Below, one piece after another: positions 20,337-30,044 of a stretch of 64,000 nucleotides of DNA. Under the pieces are notes generated by a model. The model saw only the letters and a list, made by a program, of their open reading frames with translations. It did not search any database and was not told the DNA's origin. Location: contig CAWFQB010000006.1 of the NCBI GenBank assembly GCA_963817895.1, forward strand, positions 256,001-320,000. Direction: 5' to 3'. This stretch comes from an uncultured Chthonomonadaceae bacterium (GTDB taxonomy: Bacteria > Armatimonadota > Chthonomonadetes > Chthonomonadales > Chthonomonadaceae). A program made the position numbers and the translations under genes. Each line of letters begins with the position of its first letter. The stretch's first letter is position 1.

Positions 20337-21868
20337 TATCTCTCGAACGTACTCCGATACCGGCGCAGGCGGCGCTGCAATTCCACGAGGGCGAAGTGCG
20401 CGGCGTCGCGAGTCAGGGTTTGATTCGATTGCGGCCTGTTGGCGGCAGCCGGTGATGGGGACGCCATCATGGTGGCAACGGCGCGGTCATGCCATAAGAG
20501 TACGCCATCCTCCACGCGGACGAGAGCGGCGGTGGCTTCCACGCGGGCGGAACGCCCCTGTTCCGCTGTGGATGTGTTGGCGATTACGGGCGTATGCGGT
20601 TCGCTTTCAGACAACTCTACGTCCGTTACGCGGGTAAGCAGCACATATTCTACATGCAGGCTGCGCCCAAGCGTTTGCGCGCGGGCAAGGTCAGGCTGAT
20701 CTTCATTCTTCCACAGCGACGTTTCCCTGATACCCTGCGCGATAAGAGAAGCGCGAACATCGTTTTCAGTGATTACGCGGTCAGGCGCAATAGGCAAGAG
20801 GTCGGGCAGAAACAGGGCGGAAACATCGGCGTGAAGGTTTGCAAGCGGGGCCGGGACTACGCGCCGCCCCACAGCCGTAAAGATCAGTCTGTCCGCGTCG
20901 GAGGGCGTAAGCGTCGGCGTCACGGCAATGTGGTCGCCCGGACGCATGAACGGGGCCGGTTCTCCCACGCGCAGGGCGTGAAGCAGCAGGTTGACGGTTT
21001 GCTGCGCCGCGTCGCGTATCAAATCGCCCTGCGGCTTCTGGTACTGCTTATGAAACAACACGCGATCCGCAAACGCGGTTCCGGCGGCCGCGACATGCGC
21101 GGGCCAGCGTGTTATATGGGGAACGGCAGCAACGGGCATTACATTGGCAATGTGAATGTCGGCGAATACCTCCGCGTCGCGTATCGCGCCCTCATGAATG
21201 GCGCAGGCGGTCACGCGGGGCATGAGAATGGCCTGACTGTTCAGCAGGGCGCACAGCCGCCGCGCATTGTCGGGCAGCATGGCCTGTTCAGATGTCAGAT
21301 GCAGGGTTTGTAACGCCTGCGTCGTCTCATTTTCACCGACCACGACCACCTCAAGACGCTCCTGAAGGCGTTCCGTCAGGGCATCCGTGAGCAGCGCCTG
21401 CGCCAGCATGACACGCTGCTCCGTCGGCACAACATCAATTTTACCGGCAATCGAAGCCGCCGAACCGGGAGACTGTAAAATAGCGGGGGAATTGTTGCCG
21501 GAACCGGGGGCAACGCTTGATACGGGTTTGGTTACTTGATTGTCCGATTTGCCCGCAGGCGCAACGGCTGACAACGCCGGAGCCGCCGCCTTTGCCGGTA
21601 TCGAACGCTTTCGGGACTTGCGGCGTTTTTTGCTGTGGGAAGCGCGTTCCCGGTCAATGCGCCATTGCGTCTGTGGCGTAGTGGCGGAACGGGCAGGCAA
21701 CAGCACGATAACGCGCTTGATTGCGGCTTCGGCTGTTGCCGATTGCGTATTGCCGGTTTTCTCCCGTTGCGCGATAACAGCCTTTTCCGTTTGCGCGGCA
21801 GCGTTAAGGACCAGGCCGAAAATGAACAAGCAAATAATTATTTCGCATCGCCGCAAAATTCCCACCAT
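20336..21868 (-). CDS. Secreted hypothetical protein with two CsgG/LpoB-like alpha/beta repeats
   Basis: Signal peptide and low-complexity linker; AQTLGRSLHVEYVLLTRV...ALVRVEDGVLLW pattern. Confidence 0.5.
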   Translation of the reverse strand: MVGILRRCEIIICLFIFGLVLNAAAQTEKAVIAQREKTGNTQSATAEAAIKRVIVLLPARSATTPQTQWRIDRERASHSKKRRKSRKRSIPAKAAAPALSAVAPAGKSDNQVTKPVSSVAPGSGNNSPAILQSPGSAASIAGKIDVVPTEQRVMLAQALLTDALTERLQERLEVVVVGENETTQALQTLHLTSEQAMLPDNARRLCALLNSQAILMPRVTACAIHEGAIRDAEVFADIHIANVMPVAAVPHITRWPAHVAAAGTAFADRVLFHKQYQKPQGDLIRDAAQQTVNLLLHALRVGEPAPFMRPGDHIAVTPTLTPSDADRLIFTAVGRRVVPAPLANLHADVSALFLPDLLPIAPDRVITENDVRASLIAQGIRETSLWKNEDQPDLARAQTLGRSLHVEYVLLTRVTDVELSESEPHTPVIANTSTAEQGRSARVEATAALVRVEDGVLLWHDRAVATMMASPSPAAANRPQSNQTLTRDAAHFALVELQRRLRRYRSTFER

Positions 21869-21878
21869 TTCTTAATAG

Positions 21879-21964
21879 CCCTCACCCCAACCCCTCTCCC
21901 AAAAAAGCCTGGGAGAGGGGCTTATTTAGAGACAGTCGCTCTTCCCAAAGTTTGGGAGAGGAGC
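21879..21964. repeat. CCCTCACCCC-type REP hairpins
   Basis: CCCTCACCCCAACCCCTCTCCC-AAAAAAGCCT-GGGAGAGGGG followed by CTCTTCCCAAAGTTTGGGAGAG. Confidence 0.75.
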
Positions 21965-22133
21965 TAATTACGGATAAAGAGAAGGGAGTAAGTAGTTACT
22001 AACCAAAAGACCTGCCAACCTGATAACCTACTCATTCCTACGTATGCGGAAGCGGAAACGCGCCCCGCGCTCTGCCGCCGAACATTTTCTGCGAAATCTG
22101 TTGCCGGAATAGAATTAAAACTCCTGCAAGCTA

Positions 22134-22163
22134 TTGACAATACCTGTCGGCATTTTGTATACT
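22134..22163 (+). promoter_or_regulatory. Sigma70-type promoter for the HTH gene
   Basis: TTGACA-N18-TATACT. Confidence 0.7.
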
Positions 22164-22355
22164 CTACCCAATTCGTCTGTAAGACGCGCAATTCCTCTCT
22201 TCTAGCTCCATCTGCTCCATCAGGAGTCTTATTCCAGTTTTTGTCTTGCAACGGTTTTTGGCTGCGGAGAAAAATGTCTGCCGCGCTTCTGCGTCTGCGC
22301 GGATGGCAGCCACCCAATAGCTTGACCGACTACTTACACACAAAGGGACAAATGA

Positions 22356-22580
22356 ATGGACCTGGAAGCCAGGGATTTGCTCACCGTCGAACAGGCGGCA
22401 CAGTATTTGCAAGTAAGTCAGTCCAGTATTCGCTCCTACATCCGGCAGGGCCGCCTACAGGCATTCCGCATCGCGGGTAAGCGCAAAGTGCTTATTCCCC
22501 GCGCCGCCCTGCTGTCCCTGCTCGAACCGGCGCGGCCTGAAGATGTGGATCACGCACCCGTTGAGGAGGAGGAAGAGTAG
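22356..22580 (+). CDS. Excisionase-like HTH_17 DNA-binding protein
   Basis: LLTVEQAAQYLQVSQSSIRSYIRQGRLQAFRIAG. Confidence 0.88.
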   Translation: MDLEARDLLTVEQAAQYLQVSQSSIRSYIRQGRLQAFRIAGKRKVLIPRAALLSLLEPARPEDVDHAPVEEEEE

Positions 22581-22636
22581 GTGATAGTTGATGGTTGATA
22601 GGTCGTGTATCTCTATCAACTACCAATTATCAACTC
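22581..22636. repeat. Heptamer-repeat hairpin (GTTGATA/TATCAAC)
   Basis: GTGATAGTTGATGGTTGATAG ... CTATCAACTACCAATTATCAAC immediately after the stop codon. Confidence 0.7.
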
Positions 22637-22751
22637 TCTTGTCGGGAACCTCTTCCATTTCGCGCCCCGTATCCAGAATACCACAATTCCTCTTTGCAGC
22701 CGCGTCCGTCGCTGCAAGTCTGCGGCAGAAATGTGGGCAAGGAGGGCCAAC

Positions 22752-23636
22752 ATGACCACAACACGCGAGTCGCTGGCGGAACTCTGGCGCTACCGCTATC
22801 TGCTCCAGATGTTCGCGCGGCGCGAACTCAAAGTGCGCTACAAAAATTCCGCGCTCGGCCTTGTCTGGTCTATCATTCCCCCCCTTCTACAGGTCTTAGT
22901 GTACATGTTTTTGTTCAAGGTCGCCCTGCGCATCGAGTACAAGAACTACGCGCCCTATCTGCTTTGCGGCCTGATTCCCTGGACCTTTTTTTCTACCGCT
23001 TTACTGGACGCCAGCCAATGCCTGCTCGCCAACTACGGCATTATTAAAAAAGTTTACATGCCCCGCGAAGTGATTCCCATCGCGACGGTATTGAGCAACA
23101 CGGTACATCTGTTCATCAGTTGGACGGTGTTCTTCGTGATTTTTGTCGTCCTCGCGCCCTTTATCGGCAAGGGAATTCCTCTGCTTCCGTCCCTGATATG
23201 GTTTCCGGTCATCACTCTGATGCTGTTCTTGTTGACAGTGGGATTTGCCCTGTTGCTTTCCGCGCTGAACGTGTTTTTCGAGGACGTGAAATTCATCGTC
23301 ACGACCATTTTGAATCTCATCGTGTTTCTATTGCCGATTCTCTATCCCGCCGATGTTGCCGCCGATTTCGGCATTATGCGCGACTATCCCTGGCTGCTCA
23401 CCATTTATAAACTGAACCCGATCACGGCCATTATTGACGCCTACCGTAAAACTATTCTGGAACCTTTGTCGCCAACAGTTTTCAATCACATGACTCTGCC
23501 TGATGGAAAGGACCTGCCGCCTGTCCCGATGGATTGGGCGACATTCGGCGGCGCGTTTCTTATCACCGTCGTCTTCGCCTGGTTTGGCTACTGGTATTTC
23601 AACCGGCGCAAGTGGCAGTTTGTGGAACGGAGTTAG
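22752..23636 (+). CDS. ABC-2 polysaccharide export permease (Wzm/RfbA-like)
   Basis: ELWRYRYLL, RELKVRYKNSALGLVW, IIKKVYMPRE and LNPITAIIDAYR; GGAGG RBS. Confidence 0.92.
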   Translation: MTTTRESLAELWRYRYLLQMFARRELKVRYKNSALGLVWSIIPPLLQVLVYMFLFKVALRIEYKNYAPYLLCGLIPWTFFSTALLDASQCLLANYGIIKKVYMPREVIPIATVLSNTVHLFISWTVFFVIFVVLAPFIGKGIPLLPSLIWFPVITLMLFLLTVGFALLLSALNVFFEDVKFIVTTILNLIVFLLPILYPADVAADFGIMRDYPWLLTIYKLNPITAIIDAYRKTILEPLSPTVFNHMTLPDGKDLPPVPMDWATFGGAFLITVVFAWFGYWYFNRRKWQFVERS

Positions 23637-23640
23637 CTAA

Positions 23641-23750
23641 TTGGTGGTTGGTAGTTGGTGGTTGGTGATTGGTTGACAGGCGGCGCAAAATGATGCAGAG
23701 TTTGCTACAATTAAACATGACCAACCACCAGTCACCAACCACCAGCCACC
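23641..23750. repeat. Heptamer-repeat inverted element (TGGTTGG/CCAACCA) overlapping the wzt start
   Basis: TTGGTGGTTGGTAGTTGGTGGTTGGTGATTGGT ... ACCAACCACCAGTCACCAACCACCAGCCACC. Confidence 0.8.
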
Positions 23751-24517
23751 CTTCCGCTATTGTGGCGGAAAACCTGACCAAAGTGTTTCGCGTTCGGCAT
23801 GAGGCGCACTCCATCAAACGCGCCGTGCTGGAATGGTCGCGGCGCACACGGGTTGAGCCGTTTACCGCGCTGGAAGACATCAGTTTCCGGGTTCCGCACG
23901 GGCAGACGCTGGCGGTCATCGGGCGTAATGGGTCGGGCAAATCCACCCTGCTCGGACTGCTGGCGCGGGTATACCGGCAAACTTCGGGAACTCTGGAACT
24001 GTTCAATCAGCAGGGCGAACGCCCGCGTATCGCGCCCCTGTTGGAACTGGGGGCCGGACTGCATCCCGAACTGGACGGCTACGACAATATCGCGTTTTAC
24101 GGGGCCATGCTCGGCATGACCGCGCAGCAGGTGCAGGAACGACGCGGGCAGATTATCGAATTTGCCGAACTGGAAAAAAAGGCCGATACCATTGTCCGTA
24201 ACTGGAACGACGGCGCGAAACTGCGGCTCGGTTTTTCCATCGCCGTGCATACCAACCCGGATTTGCTGCTTGTAGATGAGGTGCTGGCAGTCGGGGATGA
24301 GGCGTTTCAGCACAAGTGTTACCGCCGCATCGCCGAACTACAGGCGCAGGGCAAGACCATCGTGTTTGTATCGCATGATCTGGCGGCGGTAGAGCGCGTA
24401 GCCGAGCGCGTCCTCTGGCTGGACAACAGCCACCTGTGTATGGACGGCGACGTAGAAACCGTAATGCGCGAATACCGCCGCGCATCCGCCGAAAAATCCC
24501 TACATGATGCTTCCTGA
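23717..24517 (+). CDS. ABC polysaccharide export ATPase (Wzt/RfbB-like), no C-terminal carbohydrate-binding domain
   Basis: GRNGSGKST, LLELGAG, LLLVDEVLAVGDEAFQHKC and VSHD. Confidence 0.9.
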   Translation: MTNHQSPTTSHPSAIVAENLTKVFRVRHEAHSIKRAVLEWSRRTRVEPFTALEDISFRVPHGQTLAVIGRNGSGKSTLLGLLARVYRQTSGTLELFNQQGERPRIAPLLELGAGLHPELDGYDNIAFYGAMLGMTAQQVQERRGQIIEFAELEKKADTIVRNWNDGAKLRLGFSIAVHTNPDLLLVDEVLAVGDEAFQHKCYRRIAELQAQGKTIVFVSHDLAAVERVAERVLWLDNSHLCMDGDVETVMREYRRASAEKSLHDAS

Positions 24518-24551
24518 ATAACAAGTTGTTGCAGAAAGGCAAACTTGACTT

Positions 24552-25112
24552 ATGGAAGAACTATCTCGTCAGTTGAGGATGCTGCATTATAGTGACGATT
24601 GGCTGGAATATGGCTTTCTGGAAACTGCCCTGCTGCATGAACAAATAGCCTTCTACCAATCCGGTCAGGATAGTAATACGGAGCATTATCGTTATGCCGC
24701 TTTTCGCCATGTGTTGGCATCGCGTTCCCGGTTAAACGACCCTGAACTTACGCATTACATTCGTCTGGCACAGCAGGATGGAGATAAGGCGATGGCGCAA
24801 TCAGCCCTGTATGAATTGCTGCTATGGCCGGGGCTGAAAGCCGACCAATTCGAGGCTCTGACACGACAGCCTTTATTCGCGGAACCTTTGTTTCAGAAAC
24901 TTATTCTCCGCCGCCGTTTGCTTGGTACCCTGGCTGCCTCGCCCATCACGTCGGAAACGTTTGCGCAATGCCTTGCCAGTGGCGATGCTGTCGTACAGCG
25001 CAATCTTGTATCGCTGTCAGAGTTGGCCCCTGAGCAGCTAAACATTCTGGCAGCGCGGGGGGCTACTCGCGCTATTCGGAACATGGCGCAATCGCGAAAA
25101 CGAAGTGGTTGA
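24552..25112 (+). CDS. Hypothetical alpha-helical protein
   Basis: 186 aa ORF in operon context; no motif recognised. Confidence 0.65.
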   Translation: MEELSRQLRMLHYSDDWLEYGFLETALLHEQIAFYQSGQDSNTEHYRYAAFRHVLASRSRLNDPELTHYIRLAQQDGDKAMAQSALYELLLWPGLKADQFEALTRQPLFAEPLFQKLILRRRLLGTLAASPITSETFAQCLASGDAVVQRNLVSLSELAPEQLNILAARGATRAIRNMAQSRKRSG

Positions 25113-25118
25113 CTTTTT

Positions 25119-27827
25119 ATGCCTATGGATCCAACTCATAATCAACGTCTGGAACAATGGCAAGCCTGCCTTATGTTGTTGTGGCTGGCATTGCTGATCT
25201 TTGTCGCGCTGCAATCCATCATGCCGCCCGCCGCGCGTTCGGCAAACGCGCCCGCTGACGAGTTTTCTGCCAATCGCGCTCTTGTTCCCCTGCGCGAAAT
25301 CGCGAAACTGCCCCATCCACAGGGCGCGTCGGAACATACGCGCGTTCGCGAGTATCTGATGGCGCAGTTGCGGCAGTTGGGATTGTCGCCCCGATTGCAA
25401 ACCACTCCGGTTGTGGGAGCGCGTTCCTATCGTCCGTATCGGGCGGGAACCGTTCACAACATTTGGGCAAAGATTCCGGGCAAAACCCCAACCGGAACGC
25501 TGCTGCTGGCCGCGCACTATGACTCGGTGAATACGGGACCGGGCGCAAGCGACGACGGCGCAAGCGTAGCCGCTCTGCTTGAAACCCTCCGCGCCCTTCA
25601 ATCCACCCGAAAAACCTCTCCCGGCAGCCACTTCTCCGCCATCAACACCCCCTCCACGAGTTTTAACTTCCGCAACGACGTCATTGTTCTGCTGACCGAC
25701 GGAGAAGAGACCGGCCTGCTCGGTGCGCGGGCATTTGTAGAAGAGGGGACAGGGGACAGGGGACAGGGGACAGGAGAAGAGGACTCATCCTTCATCCTTC
25801 ATCATTCATCCTTGCCTTTCCTCGTTCTGAACTTCGAGGCGCGGGGAACAAGCGGGCCGTCCCTGATGTTCGAGACGAGTGAGGGGAATGGCTGGCTGGC
25901 GCGGCAGTTCGCGTCAGGCGTACCTCAACCACTTGGCTCGTCGCTATTTTACGCCGTGTACAAACTGCTGCCCAATGATACGGATTTCACCGAATTTCGC
26001 GGGGCAGGCATGATTGGGCTGAACTTCGCTTATCTGGATCGGGTTGCGCATTATCATACCAGTCTGGATAGCGTCAGCCATCTCGATCTGCGCAGTTTGC
26101 AGCATCAGGGCGACAACATGCTCGGACTGGCGCGGCGGTTCGGCAGCGAATCGCTCACGCAGGCGCGGCAGCCGGACGTGATCTATTTCAATGGCGCGCG
26201 AAACTGGCTGTGCGTGTATCCGCAAACGTGGGCCGTGCCCCTTGCCATACTCGCAACCCTGCTCACCTTAGTCGCGCTGGCGCAGCGGTGGCGAAAAAGC
26301 GCGGAACCTGTCTGGCGCAGGGCGGTTGTGGCGTTGAGCGGCGTGGCGTGGGTTGGCGTGGCGGTTGTGGCGACGACGCTTGCAATGGCAGGACTGACGT
26401 ACTGGCTGACATCGGGCGCCGCTTCGCCGCGCATGACGCTGTATCTGGACGATACGACATTCACAGGCGTTCTATTGCTGTGCGTGGGAAGCGTCCTGCT
26501 GCTGCTCGACGCGAAACGCCTGCCGTACCAAAAACGAACAAAGCCTGACAGTGAAGAGGGCACGACGGCAGAAGCACAGAAGACAGGTTCAACGGCAACA
26601 ACGAAGAACAGCCGTGACGAAATAGCAGAACAGAACTCAACGGCGGCAAATCTGCCAATCAGCCTGACATTCGACGCTATGCAGATGGGCGCAATACTCT
26701 GGTGGCTGCTGCTGACATGGCTGACGGCGCTGCTGCTGCCGGACGGGAGTTACCTGTTCGTGTGGCCGTTGCTAGGCGTTCTACTGGCGCGGTGGATTCA
26801 GGGCGCGTATCTGCAAAACAGACCACATAAACTCCGTTCGCCTGAGAGCATGAAAGCAAGCGCCTCCCCTTCTCCCAAAAAAGCCTGGGAGAAGGGGTTG
26901 GGGATAGGTGGAGCCGCGGGGGGCTATTTACAGGATAAGCAGGAAATGGGTACGAACTTCGGCGTCACGCTGCTGTGCCTGCTGTTCGGCGCAACCCCTG
27001 CAATCCTTTTAGTTATCCCCGTGCTGTGCCTGCTGTTTCAAACGCTTTCCATCGGGTCGCTGACGATTATCGGCGTAGTGACAGCATTGACAATCGCTCT
27101 GCTGCGGCCTCAATTGCAGGTTGCGCGGAATATTTTCACCGGGCATTCGCAGGCATTGCCTTTGTTGTTTGCGGCAACCGGGACGGTTCTGCTGTGGGTG
27201 GGCGCGGAGGTTTTGCAGCCGAGCGAAACCAATCCGCGTTCCAACAGCCTTTTCTACGCGCTGAACGCGGATACCCAAACGGCGCTGTGGGCGAGCAATG
27301 ACCGCAAGCCGGATGCCTGGACAATACAGTTTTTGGGTGAGCATCCCCAACGAAGCGCGTTGCCCGATTTTCTGCCCGTCAGCCCGGAAACGTTTCTTCA
27401 CGCGCCCGCGCCGCCTACGCCCTTACCGCCCCCTGTCGCCACATTGCAGGAAGACAGAATTGAAAACGGCGTTCGGACATTGCGCCTGCTGCTCATTTCG
27501 CCACGCCATGCGCCCGTTATGGAAATGGCGGTTTCGTCCGATGTTCGCGTTCTGAACGCTTCCATCGAGGGCAAGCCGGTAGACGGCAGCCGTGACCCCG
27601 GCCATGCCTGGAGTCTGTTGTACTTTGCCGTGCCGGAAAACGGCCTGACGCTGACCCTGCGCGTGTCGCCCGCCGCGCCCGTCACATTACATGTCATTGA
27701 CCGCTCGTATGGCCTGCCCTCCATCCCCGACAAAACATACGCCCCGCGTCCCGCCGATATGATCGCCTCGCCCGCTTCCGGCTGGTATCAGGATACGGCT
27801 CTGATTTCTAAAACGTTTCGGTTCTAG
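25119..27827 (+). CDS. M28-family multi-pass membrane metallopeptidase (ERMP1-like) with in-frame repeat inserts
   Basis: AAHYDSV, GASDDG, TDGEETGLLGA, NFEARG, PNDTDF and HYHT, followed by TM helices. Confidence 0.92.
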   Translation: MPMDPTHNQRLEQWQACLMLLWLALLIFVALQSIMPPAARSANAPADEFSANRALVPLREIAKLPHPQGASEHTRVREYLMAQLRQLGLSPRLQTTPVVGARSYRPYRAGTVHNIWAKIPGKTPTGTLLLAAHYDSVNTGPGASDDGASVAALLETLRALQSTRKTSPGSHFSAINTPSTSFNFRNDVIVLLTDGEETGLLGARAFVEEGTGDRGQGTGEEDSSFILHHSSLPFLVLNFEARGTSGPSLMFETSEGNGWLARQFASGVPQPLGSSLFYAVYKLLPNDTDFTEFRGAGMIGLNFAYLDRVAHYHTSLDSVSHLDLRSLQHQGDNMLGLARRFGSESLTQARQPDVIYFNGARNWLCVYPQTWAVPLAILATLLTLVALAQRWRKSAEPVWRRAVVALSGVAWVGVAVVATTLAMAGLTYWLTSGAASPRMTLYLDDTTFTGVLLLCVGSVLLLLDAKRLPYQKRTKPDSEEGTTAEAQKTGSTATTKNSRDEIAEQNSTAANLPISLTFDAMQMGAILWWLLLTWLTALLLPDGSYLFVWPLLGVLLARWIQGAYLQNRPHKLRSPESMKASASPSPKKAWEKGLGIGGAAGGYLQDKQEMGTNFGVTLLCLLFGATPAILLVIPVLCLLFQTLSIGSLTIIGVVTALTIALLRPQLQVARNIFTGHSQALPLLFAATGTVLLWVGAEVLQPSETNPRSNSLFYALNADTQTALWASNDRKPDAWTIQFLGEHPQRSALPDFLPVSPETFLHAPAPPTPLPPPVATLQEDRIENGVRTLRLLLISPRHAPVMEMAVSSDVRVLNASIEGKPVDGSRDPGHAWSLLYFAVPENGLTLTLRVSPAAPVTLHVIDRSYGLPSIPDKTYAPRPADMIASPASGWYQDTALISKTFRF

Positions 27828-27831
27828 AAAG

Positions 27832-27936
27832 TTGTCTTGAACCATGATTTCACATGATTAGAATGATCAACATGAGGAACACGCCTCCTCAATCATGGTA
27901 ATCATCAAAATCATGTGAAATCATGGTTCAAGACAA
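27832..27936. repeat. Nonamer-periodic inverted-repeat element (copy A)
   Basis: Perfect 28-bp IR TTGTCTTGAACCATGATTTCACATGATT between convergent genes. Confidence 0.9.
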
Positions 27937-27941
27937 AACAA

Positions 27942-29150
27942 TTATTTCCCCAATGCGTTCAGTATGGTTTGAGCCACGCGCTGCTGTCCCTGCAAACTTA
28001 GATGAACTTTATCCTCCACGTAGAGCGCGGCCTTCTCGCTTTGTGGCACGGCTTGAAACGCGCTGTACGTGTCGCACAGTCCCGCGTTCTTTAGCTTTGC
28101 CGCCTGCCGACACGCGACGGCGAGTTCATCAAACGTGGTTCCGTTTTCCAGCGAGGGGCAGGGTGTAAGAATGAGAACGTCCGCTTTGCCGTTTGTGGCG
28201 CGGCGAACGCGGTCAATGGCGTCCTGCTGCGCAGCCTCAAAGTTTTTACCCCGCATCCCGTTGCTCCAATCGTTGAAGCCGAACAGGATGGTGACGAGAT
28301 CGGGCGCGGGCGTTTTGCCTGTCCAGCGCGGCATCACAATAAGATTCTGGCGCAGTTCCGTGCCGCCCATCGCGGGGTTGACAAGCGTGACTTCCGAACC
28401 GTACTTGCGCTTGATTTCGGATTTGAGCAGGAGGGGCCAGTTGTGTTCCCGGTTTGTCCAGTGACTCGCGTCCGTGAGCGAGTCGCCCATCGTAACAACG
28501 GTAATCGGTTTACCGGCTTTCAATTTCGCCAGTGTACGCGCAAGGGGCGCGTTTTGGGGGCGGTACTCGCGCATATCAGCATTGATTGTCGGTTCCAAAC
28601 GAATGTCGTCAATGGCATACGAGTGCGCCGCGTAGTCCTTCCAGTACCACCACTTGCCGAACTGAACCGGGCTGAGTTTCGAGGGCGCGTTGCCAATTTT
28701 CGCATCCACATTCTGTTCCGTTTTGCTCATCTCCGGTATCAGGTCGCGCCAGGGTACGACAATCTTCTTCCACTCCACGCTATTAATGGGGAAGGCATAA
28801 GCGTAGCGCGTGCTGTAATCGCCGTTCCAGATGAATTCGATACCGCCGAGATGTTCCGAACCGTCCCCCTTCACCCAGAACGAGAACCCCGCCGCCTTGT
28901 CCCATTCGGGCGTTCCGCCCCCGCGTCCGACCATCATAACATTCATGCCGTCATTGTCGAACGCGAACTTTAAGGCATTGCCGACCTTGCCCGGAACCGC
29001 TTCGACATGCCCTTTCGGATTCGAGCCGGTAAACGTCAGCGCATCCATTGTGTCAATACTATTGCGCGTGTCCGCGTTGTCGGCGGGAACGGCTGCCGTA
29101 AATTGCAACAACAGGGCCGTAAAACACAGGCTGAAAAGACGCTTGAACAT
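27942..29150 (-). CDS. Secreted SGNH/GDSL esterase with an N-terminal carbohydrate-binding-like domain
   Basis: GDSLT, NPAMGG, FGFND and DKVHL; FSFWVKGDGS CBM-like motif. Confidence 0.85.
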   Translation of the reverse strand: MFKRLFSLCFTALLLQFTAAVPADNADTRNSIDTMDALTFTGSNPKGHVEAVPGKVGNALKFAFDNDGMNVMMVGRGGGTPEWDKAAGFSFWVKGDGSEHLGGIEFIWNGDYSTRYAYAFPINSVEWKKIVVPWRDLIPEMSKTEQNVDAKIGNAPSKLSPVQFGKWWYWKDYAAHSYAIDDIRLEPTINADMREYRPQNAPLARTLAKLKAGKPITVVTMGDSLTDASHWTNREHNWPLLLKSEIKRKYGSEVTLVNPAMGGTELRQNLIVMPRWTGKTPAPDLVTILFGFNDWSNGMRGKNFEAAQQDAIDRVRRATNGKADVLILTPCPSLENGTTFDELAVACRQAAKLKNAGLCDTYSAFQAVPQSEKAALYVEDKVHLSLQGQQRVAQTILNALGK

Positions 29151-29210
29151 GAAAGGAACTCCAAATACAAGGTTGATACACCGCCTCAAACCGGCAAAAC
29201 TCGTTATCTA

Positions 29211-29894
29211 CTACTCAGGCGACAATGCCCGTTTGTCCATGTTCAGGGTGACGACACCGTCGTCTATGGAAGCAATGGAGTCGGCTAAAAACGTGGTGTC
29301 CGCGCCGAAGAAGTGACCCTGACGCACGGTAATGGCAGTTGGCTTGCCGCTTGCGGTGTCTATGGTAACGCTGTGTAATTCCCCGATTTTCTCCCCGTCC
29401 CGACTGTAAACGTCATCCCCTTCGCTCATAATGGCGTTTTCCACGTCCTGCTGATGCAGGTATTCTTCCACCGCCACAGGCTGTTCGCCTCGTTCTTCAT
29501 CGTCCACAACGGGAACAGGCAAGCCCATGCCCGCGCCGAAAGGGAAACCGGAGGGCGCGAAAGCCTGCCCCATTGCCGAACCCGGCCACAGCAGTCCGCC
29601 GACAGGCGCGTTGGCAAACGATTCGTGAAAAGTGGGCGGAGCGGGAGAATACTGCTGTTCATCGAAACGCGGCAATGCGTGTACCTGTTCCGCCGTGTAC
29701 CCGACCGTGACGGGGCCGGTTCCGCTTTCCAGCACGGCGGCAAGGGGTATTTCTATATCATCGGGGAGCAACATCCCCTTTTCCACAACAAGCGTTTTCA
29801 CCGCGCCCGTTGCCGGGTCCAGAATGAGATGCTTAATCGTCCCCAAATCGCGTCCGTCCTGCGAACGCGCGTGATCGCCAAGTTCGATACGCAT
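29211..29894 (-). CDS. Two-PRC-barrel domain protein
   Basis: SQDGRDLGTIKHLILDP and SRDGEKIGELHSVTID repeats; GAGGAG RBS. Confidence 0.85.
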   Translation of the reverse strand: MRIELGDHARSQDGRDLGTIKHLILDPATGAVKTLVVEKGMLLPDDIEIPLAAVLESGTGPVTVGYTAEQVHALPRFDEQQYSPAPPTFHESFANAPVGGLLWPGSAMGQAFAPSGFPFGAGMGLPVPVVDDEERGEQPVAVEEYLHQQDVENAIMSEGDDVYSRDGEKIGELHSVTIDTASGKPTAITVRQGHFFGADTTFLADSIASIDDGVVTLNMDKRALSPE

Positions 29895-29917
29895 GATATA
29901 CTCCTCGCCACCTGAAA

Positions 29918-30044
29918 CAGGTGTTCGGTATTCAGGTGTTCGGTGTTCGGGAAATGCAAGAGTATTCAGGTTTACGTTTATGCGCCAAGAGTATCAGCAC
30001 AATACCTGCACACCAAATGCCAAATACCGAACACCTGAATACCG
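29918..30044. repeat. Heptamer-repeat inverted element (GGTGTTC/GAACACC)
   Basis: CAGGTGTTCGGTATTCAGGTGTTCGGTGTTCGG ... CCAAATACCGAACACCTGAATACCG. A lone left arm of the same family lies at ~45055-45085. Confidence 0.8.

Noticed and set aside
22356..22580. Prophage or ICE boundary
   Set aside because: No integrase, tRNA attachment site, or phage or conjugation genes nearby.
27832..27936. Periodic repeats as a CRISPR array
   Set aside because: The units are 7-9 nt, tandem and inverted. There are no 23-47 nt direct repeats with unique spacers and no cas genes.
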